Part shown: piece after piece, positions 56,100-64,000 of the stretch
How the letters are laid out: each line of letters opens with the position of its first letter
How positions within the stretch are numbered: the first letter of the stretch is position 1
Assembly: GCF_009834535.1 (NCBI RefSeq)
Contig: NC_045697.1
Location: 101,620,001-101,684,000 of the forward strand
Reading direction: 5' to 3'
Origin: Camelus ferus
Lineage: Eukaryota
Length of the DNA stretch: 64,000 nt
Translations under genes and position numbers: made by a program
The notes under the pieces: generated by a model
What the model was told of the DNA's origin: nothing
Databases searched by the model: none
The model's input: the letters and a program-made list of their open reading frames with translations, nothing else

Positions 56100-57500
56100 G
56101 AGTCACAGCCACCTGCACCGCGTCCGCTCCGGGCCACTCCTCCTGGAAAGCCACCTGTGACTCGACACACGATCCCCCCATGACGCGGCCGTCGCCGCGC
56201 GACTCGGAGGAGACGGCCGCGCCTGCGCAGCAGCGAAGGGGCGGGGCAGGGAGCGGGGTCCGAGGGCACCGGGAAGGGAGTTGGCGAGTGGTGGTGGAGG
56301 AAGAGGGGAGGAAGAAAAGGAGGGGGGCGGCGGGGCGGCGGGGCGGCGGGGCGGGCCTTTCCGGGGAACCCTTCATTTCCGGTTCGCTGGACCTTCTGAA
56401 TCCGGGTCAAGGGTGTTCGCCTTCTCTTCTCCCGGGTTAATTCGGCACGCTGGGTGACAGCGGCTCCTGACTCAACTCAGGACCGGTTTCATCCCACGAC
56501 CTGCCGGAGCCCGGACGCTCACACCTGCCGCGGGTCGCGGAGGCGCGCTTCCTCACCGACTGGCTCTCAGCCCCGGGCCTTGAGTGCCCGCCGCCGCCGG
56601 GGGGCCTCGCTAGCCCTTCCGCGCCGATGCTGAGAGAGACCGCGGGCCCCGGGCGGCGGCGGCGGAGTGTGGGCCTCTGGCTTCTTAGGCCCGCCGCAGG
56701 CGGTGCCGGTTCTTACGCGCCCGAGGCTTGCCAACTCCTGCCCGGGCTTGGATGGGCCCTCCTGCCCGATAAATGTGGCTACTGAGGCGGCGGTGGCGGT
56801 GGTCCGTCCTGCTGCTGCTGCTGCCGCGTTCTAAGTTCACCTCCGCCCCGGGGCTCTCCTGCCCCACGCCCGGGCTGTGGCCGCCCGCTCTTAACCCCTT
56901 GGCCCTGGCCTTGCAGCTTGGCGACCATGGACAAGATCCTGGAGGGCCTGGTGAGTTCTTCGCACCCGCTGCCGCTAAAGCGGGTAATTGTGCGGAAGGT
57001 GGTGGAGTCGGCGGAGAATTGGCTGGACGAGGCGCAGTGCGAGGCCATGTTTGACCTGACGACGCGGCTCATCCTGGAGGGCCAGGACCCCTTTCAGCGG
57101 CAGGTGGGGCACCAAGTGCTGGAGGCCTACGCACGGTACCACCGGCCGGAGTTCGAGTCCTTCTTCAACAAGACGTTCGTGTTGGGCCTCCTTCAGCAAG
57201 GCTACCACTCGCTAGACAGGAAAGACGTAGCCATCCTGGACTACATTCACAATGGCCTGAGGCTGATCATGAGCTGCCCGTCGGTGCTGGACCTCTTCAG
57301 CTTGCTGCAGGTGGAGGTGCTGCGGATGGTGTGTGAGCGGCCGGAGCCGCAGCTGTGCGCCCGACTGAGCGACCTCCTGACCGACTTCGTGCAGTGCATC
57401 CCCAAAGGGAAACTGTCCATCACTTTCTGTCAACAGCTGGTTCGAACGATAGGCCACTTCCAGTGCGTCTCCACCCAGGAGAAAGAGCTGCGGGAATATG
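56100..57500. promoter_or_regulatory. USP38: CpG island covering USP38 promoter, 5' UTR and exon 1
   Basis: Abrupt rise in GC and CpG density versus the rest of the window. NRF1-like GCGCCTGCGCA 56219-56229, GC box GGGGCGGGGC 56238-56247, ETS-type TTCCGG sites near 56359 and 56377, no obvious TATA box. Confidence 0.92.
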
Positions 57501-57608
57501 TCTCGCAGGTGACAAAAGTGAGTAACTTGCTACAGAACATCTGGAAGGCCGAGCCCTCCACCCTGCTGCCTTCCCTGCAAGAAGTTTTTGCAAGCATTTC
57601 TTCCACAG
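56927..57608 (+). CDS. USP38: Ubiquitin-specific peptidase 38, first coding exon (227 codons + 1 nt)
   Basis: ATG in strong Kozak context GCGACCATGG. Translation MDKILEGLVSSSHPLPLKRVIVRKVVESAE...LQEVFASISST matches the mammalian USP38 N-terminus as I recall it. Ends at donor CAG|GTAAGG (phase 1). Confidence 0.97.
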
Positions 57609-59187
57609 GTAAGGGTCATTGTATTACGAGAAAATCTCCCTTGGAAATTTCAATATTCCGCTCTCACGTGTACACCATGTTTGCTTCCCTGTCCTGAAAA
57701 CGTCTTAATGGGAGATCAAATCTTAACACCCTCATCCAAATTCCCGTCCACTACCCTACTCAGGCTGGCATTTAGACCTTAGAAAACAGGCAGTGTTTTT
57801 TATTTTAAGGGTTGAGAACGTTGAGGTCTAAGACCTTTGGCAGTAAACAAGTTGCTTAATTATCTAGCCTCTTGCTCAAGTTAGGGAATGCTTTGAAGAT
57901 GACAGCTTCTATATAAACTTCTATTCATTGGTGACTAATGGCAGCATAATGTTTACCGTATTATTATTGTGCTGTGACTCTATCATCTTGTTGAAATGAG
58001 TTTTTCCTTAGTGTTTGAATTTCCCCATTTTTTAATTCATGGACTGTGCAGTTTTATTACTCGATTTTCCTAGTTAACTACATATTTCTTGAATATTGAT
58101 ACTTTCTCTGCAGTAAAGTTAGAGTGGATACAGGTGGAATGAGTGAAGGGAAAGAGTATGAAGACTTAAACAGGTGTTTTTGCATGCCAGAGGTATATAC
58201 AGCCCATGGACTGTGTCCTTAGAAGTCAGGAAGGGATCAAGTGGTACTTGGGAAAATGCTTTCTCACCCAGGAATTTTACGTGTGCTTTTACATTCCTTG
58301 TTGGGACATGGAGTGTTCAGCTCTGTTAAGTTGTGAAACAGTAGATCCAAAACTGTATTCACTCCCTCTCTGCTTGGTACAGCCATTCTCTGGCTGTTGT
58401 TCGAAATTGAACTTGTGAAGAAGGTGTACTCCTTTTATCTTGAGAACCAGAAATAAGAGTAGAGTTTTAACAGGCTCCATGCTTTCTGATGAATTAAATA
58501 CATTTATGAAAGAATTACCAACTATATATTGGCAGTGTCTGAGTTTTTTTTTTTTTTATTGTAATTGTTCTTGTATTGCTTGTGTGGCTAGACCTGTTAG
58601 ATTTCCCCAGAAATTTTTCAGCTGTGGTTGTAAAGGTACTCACCTTGGATTTGCTTAATTTTTATGTAGTTTAAGCAAAGTCACCCTAAAATTCACCTTA
58701 ATTTCTATTTCTTTAAGAGATTTTAAAAAATTTTCCTTAAAGCAATGTAATGACTACTGTAATTAGTAGTTGTAAGTTACTCTGGAGGATCTAAAATGGG
58801 AATTTAAGTTATACCTTACATTTCTTTTCTGACTGCTGCTTTACAAATGAATATTTTGCCGCAACAACAATATTAAGGAATGCAAGAAAATAAAGTAATT
58901 TATGGACTAAATATGGGTATAGCCAAGAATAGATTTTATATTGCAGTAGTTCTGCTTATAGGATGAGCGATCATTGCCACTGACTCTTTCTCTCTCATTT
59001 CTGCAGTTTAACATTGCTCATACGCTAGAGTCCATGAGGTGGAACCTAACAACTGCTTCCTGATTAACACTTTTGCTGCAATTACATTTTGGGGTGGGAG
59101 GGGAGGGGGTGTAAACTGTTGTTCTCTCTAAATACTTCACTTGAACCTTCTTGCCATATTCCTTTTTCTTTTTAATCAAAAAAATAG

Positions 59188-59323
59188 ATGCATCATTTGA
59201 ACCTTCTGTAGCATTGGCAAGTCTTGTGCAGCACATTCCTCTTCAGATGATTACAGTTCTCATCAGGAGCCTTACTACGGATCCAAATGTAAAAGATGCA
59301 AGTATGACCCAAGCTCTTTGCAG
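59188..59323 (+). CDS. USP38: USP38 coding exon 2 (136 nt); exon 3 not seen in window
   Basis: Acceptor AG at 59186-59187. G|AT joins in phase with exon 1 to give DASFEPSVALASLVQHIPLQMITVLIRSLTTDPNVKDASMTQALCR. Donor CAG|GTACTT (phase 2). Confidence 0.95.
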
Positions 59324-62300
59324 GTACTTCTTCATAACACCAAAGATGGTAATTGTAGATTTGGGAGGAGGAGATATTTTGCTGTATTTTGTAGGTAATG
59401 AAAAACTTAGTGTTTAAAACTGAAATCATGCACTCAAATATATAAAGATTCTCCAAATTAATTGGAATGAATACCTTATTATAGGCTTGACAGGCATCCC
59501 AATAATTCACAAATCTATTTTCAATTCAGCTTTTTTAAATTCCAGAAACAAAACATATATACACTTACTGTACAGTCAGGAGTTGGTTAAATTACCAATA
59601 TATTTCACTAATTTCTTTGCCCAGTATTGTTTCCTACAGCCTATTTCCTCCCTAAAAAGGGATCTGTTTTTTTCTGGCTAAGTGTATACTTTTACTTAGT
59701 ACATACTTTTACTTTCTCTTTCAACTAGGATCTCTGGGTAATACTATCTTAGCCTTTGTTTGAAATGCGTTTTTTCTTGCTTATTCTCAAATAGATGATT
59801 TGTCAATATACAGAATTCTAATTTGATAGTTAGTTTCTCTTAGCATTTTGTAAATAGTACTGCATTGTCTTCTGACATCTATTGTTGCTGCCTTGGAGTC
59901 TGCAGTCAATCCGAGTATCATTCGTTTGTGAGCTGTTAGGCTCCTCTGGTAATGTTTATGCTTTTCTCTTTATCCTTGATGTTTTGCAGTTTTATTCTTA
60001 TATTTCTAGGTGTAAACTTAAAGTTATTTGCATTTGTCAGAACTGTTGTGCTTTTATTAATTCAATCATTCATTCATTCAGCTATTCATATCACATTTAT
60101 TGGGCACGTACCATGAATGCTAAGCAATGTTTAAAAACCTTGAACGAATGGTAGAAATATCTGTCTTCATGGACTTACCTTCAAGTTGGGGAGGTATACA
60201 GTATCTGATAACATATTTCTCAATTCCAAGATGCATCCTGATTTCTGAGATGTTAAAATGTGGACAAGCACAGTCATTGGTGTTGTAGTTTAAACGGCAG
60301 GACTTTTCTTGGCTTAGTGGTATGTAAACTATACTGTCTAAAATTGATTTTGTTTTAGATTTGATTAAATATGATAAGTAAAATAATTTAGTATGTTGAA
60401 TAGTGGTCCGTGTTTTGGGAAAAAACAGTAGACAGGAAGGGGATAAAATGTGGGAGAATGGTTTGCAATTTTAAATAAGATGGATGAGGAAAGCCTCACT
60501 GTGAAGGTGACCATGAAGTAAGACATGAAGGAAATGAGGATGCAAAGCTGTGGAGATCTAAGGGGAAGAACATCAATACTGTCTTACAGTTCACTAATTT
60601 TTCCTTCAAAGGTACCCATTTATAGAGATTATCCCAGAATTTGAGTTTCTTTAGTTCAATAACTATTTTTCTAACAAAGCTTTTCCTGTCTACCTTTTCT
60701 TTTTTCATATCTGTTCTTGTTTTGTAATTTTTTCCTATTTTTTTCCTGCGTGTATGTGTGTGTGTGTGTATGTATGGATAGCACATTTAAATAAAGTATA
60801 AGGATTTGGAACAAAATGGTTTTTGTGAGCCTTTTATAAATTACAGTCATAAGGTAACATTTATGTTGGGTTCTCAGAAAGCTACATGTATACAATCTCA
60901 CTCTCCCAAAGTTAACATAAACTTTGGGAATTTTGATTTTCTCCACCACCTCCCCCTTTTTGTCCAGTGTTTAAAAAAGCCTTTGTCTTCTAGCTTTTCT
61001 TGTTTCTTCCTTGTTGTCTTATACTTAAGTCAATTTGCCTGTAACTTTTACTTCCAGTTTCTTACTGCTTATTTTCTCTTTAAATTCCATAGATTTGTGA
61101 AAGTGCTTTCTGTACAGGAGAAAAGTCTATGTACACATTGTTCCTGCCATGTGGCCTCGATCCCCACTGCTTTCAGCTTATGGTGATCTCCTTGCCATTT
61201 TGGTGGTCTATACGTTATTCTCATCTTCTTGATATCTTTGTATTCATAGTTCTTGAAATTCCAAAAGTCCTGTAATACAGTGCTGTTAGGATTTTCTTCC
61301 TATTATCTGTTCTTTTTATTTTCCTTTTCCCTGTATCAATCTTTATCTACATGTGGTTGATTTGCAAGTCTTTATGTAAAGTTCTCATTGTTCATTTGCT
61401 TTTAAGAAACACTCTTACCTCATCCATCTCTCCATAATCAGACTCCTGTGTCCTGTTAGCAGCAATCCTTTGTCAGTATGACTGTAGTAGCACTGAAGTC
61501 TCCCTTTGAGATGAATATATCATAAACTATGTTGTCCCCTAAGTAAAACAGAAAGATTCAGAGAATTAGATTTCACAGCTGAAAGTGAAATTAGAAGTCG
61601 GTTGGTCCATCACCTTCATTGCCTGGGTAATAATAGCTCACATTTTTCATTACATGCCAAAAGTCATTGCAGCAGAGACTTCTAGTTGGCCTTTTTGCCA
61701 GCAGTGACTTGTCTCTCTTCTCTAAGTCGTCCTGGCTACTCATTTCTCCCTTCTGATCGAGAAACTACTTCTGATAGTCACTGAAAGTGACTTCCAGCAC
61801 TTACTAAGTCAGGTGCAAATTCCACTTCTTGGCATCCGGCACTCTTAGTCTTAATTTTTGAACCTTTTCAAAATAGTCATAGTATCCAACTTAGGAATTT
61901 ATTTTATTTTAAAGATATATTTGGAAATTAATTTTTACCTATTTGTTTCTATGGGAAGTTGTGATCCAGTTTTTGTATTGCATTTCCAGTTTATCCTACA
62001 TGATCGTATTTTAGCTCATAATGTACCTGGAGTAACTATTCTTACATTGCAAATGTAAATGAGAAGGATGTTTACTTTTACCATACTCCCACCTTATACT
62101 CCCCCATATGCTATACTTCCCTACACATAGCACTTACCATGCTTTACTGTCATTCTCTGTAATCCAAAGAAATGCAAATACAGGTATTGTACCAGAACCA
62201 GATAAGTAACATTAAAGTATGAAATAGGCCAGGTGTGACGGAAATAATACAAAATGGGGTACACAGGCACTTTCTAAAAGAGAAAGCTGATCCTCGGCGA

Positions 62301-62585
62301 AAGCTCTTATCACAGGGAAATTTGGGTTCGGTGTTGCTGATCTGATTTTTCAAAAGAAGCCTGAAATCAGTTTTTATGTGAATTTTTTAAATTTTCAAAA
62401 CATTGCAACAAGTCAAACTGAAGGTTGGATCTAGCCCTTAAGATGCCATCTAACAGTGAAAATTGGTTTTATTCTCTACAAATTAAGATTAAATCTATTT
62501 TGTGGCCTTTCATAATATTGCCAATTTTGATTTAAGGTTTTCAAGTTGTATGTATTTTTTTTTAGCTATAAAGAGAAATGGCTTC

Positions 62586-62729
62586 TTTTTGCTGTTTGTT
62601 TTTGTGTGTGTGTGTGTTTGGAGGGGGATGATTAGGTTTGTTTGTTTCAATGGAGTTATTGGGGATTGAACCCATGACGTCATACACGCTAAGCACGCAC
62701 TCAACCACTGAGCTATACCCTCCGACCTT
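62586..62729 (-). mobile_element. tRNA-derived SINE (camelid vic-1-like) in USP38 intron 2
   Basis: ggggattgaaccc...ccactgagctataccctcc; TSD gagaaatgg(c/t)ttc at 62573-62585 and 62730-62742. Confidence 0.88.
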
Positions 62730-63288
62730 GAGAAATGGTTTCATTTATTCAACAAATTTGAGCTCCATTTCAGTGCCAATCAAAGAATAAAGATTTTAAG
62801 AAAACAAGATTGCTGTCTTAAGCTCACAATTTAATGGAAGAAACAAAATTTATTACAACTACATTTAATTTCTTACTATTTAAAGAACATTTAGAACTAT
62901 CAGTATATCAGGGTTATGTGTCCTTAAAATTCACAATGTAGCCAATACACGGTGGATAAGATTACCATAGTTAATCATAAATATAACTCATTCTACAGCG
63001 CTTACGCGTGAGAGGTTTGGGGCATATGCAAGTCCAATCAAAGTGAAGCAAAACTGGAATGTAACTCAAGTGTAGCCAGAAGTATTATGTTATACACCAG
63101 CAGAGCTTAGTTCAGATACCAGTACTGCTGCTTATTAATTGTGTGACTGTTGATAAATTTCCTAACTTTTCTTATCAATCTGAGGACAGAAACCCTGTAT
63201 TACTAATATTCTTAGCACTTAACACAGTACCTGTTATATAATAGACACTCAAATATTTTTGAACAACTGGCTTCTATTCCTGTTACTT

Positions 63289-63420
63289 TTTTTTTTTTTT
63301 TTGGCTGAGGGGAGGGAGGTAATTAGGTTTATGTATTTTAGAGGATGTACTGGCGATTGAACCCAGGACCTTGTTCATTCTAGGCATGGGCTCTACCACT
63401 TGAGCTATTCCCTCGCCCTC
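63289..63420 (-). mobile_element. tRNA-derived SINE (camelid vic-1-like) in USP38 intron 2
   Basis: PolyT, gattgaacccaggacc...taccacttgagctattccctc; TSD tgttactt. Confidence 0.88.
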
Positions 63421-64000
63421 ATGTTACTTCTGACTTAAAGTATCTTTAGATTGGTCAGAAGATTGAGTATATGTGGGGTAAGGTAAAGAATAGAGGCTTA
63501 TGAGAGGGGAAGCCAGAAATGGGGAGGAGGAAAAGGCTTTTTGGGTGATGGGGGAAAATTAAAAAGCCATGGCCAAGTGGAATTTTCTACTCTGCCCCCT
63601 CACTCTTTACTAATACTCCCCTTAGGCCTGAGCCAGAGGGAGTCCTGGCCTTGGGCCCTGTGCGCTAGGAAGCCCAGTCTGCTGCTGCTCTGGAACTTCG
63701 CTCCCTACGGGCCAGAGTCCAGAGAGCCAAAGAGGTGTGTTCACATATACTCCTCCTCTAAACCACATCTTTTTTCCTGTGAATATTTACACTAAAAAAA
63801 TGTATAGTATGTACTCACATGTTACAAACAAACAAAAAAACAGTTTTAAAAAGATTTATGGATTTTTTTCTTTTTTAATTTAAGAATATCTCAGCTCTCT
63901 ATATTAGATTCCCATGGAGTTATTCATATTGATCTATCTCATTCTTTAAAACTCTACGTCATATTCCATAATAACAATACTATAGTATATTTAGCCATTT

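Noticed and set aside
55934..56440. 158-aa, 132-aa and 86-aa ORFs across the promoter
   Set aside because: Low-complexity Pro/Arg/Gly reads expected from stop-poor GC-rich DNA; no recognisable domain, and the longest starts at TTG.
57609..57697. ORF extension GKGHCITRK... beyond USP38 exon 1, and the TTG-initiated MAT prefix at 56918
   Set aside because: The extension is read-through into intron 1 past a consensus GTAAGG donor; the true start is the Kozak ATG at 56927.
59324..64000. Further USP38 exons
   Set aside because: The expected continuation (MIDWLSWP, from memory of USP38) was not found; the region is intronic with L1/L2/SINE relics.

Overview
Mammalian genomic DNA, AT-rich and CpG-depleted. 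tRNA-Ala-like SINEs and cetartiodactyl-type L1 3' ends suggest a camelid. About 56 kb of gene-free, transposon-rich sequence lies upstream of a CpG-island promoter and the first two coding exons of USP38 (+ strand; exon 1 CDS 56927-57608, exon 2 59188-59323). The rest of the gene lies beyond the window. The upstream region holds L1, L2 and MIR relics, solo ERV1-type LTRs, MaLR elements, a two-LTR ERVL-class provirus nested in a MaLR, a decayed ERVL gag-pol-dUTPase segment and Tigger/hAT MITEs. I see no intact novel protein-coding system. The best second-look signals are a foldback-like element with inverted 15-bp repeat arrays (33701-34269), a three-uORF cassette with a possible bypass 3' splice site in the USP38 leader, and a perfect 21-bp inverted repeat (18454-18500). 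Repeat subfamily names come from remembered consensus sequences, not from a search, and most repeat boundaries are approximate.
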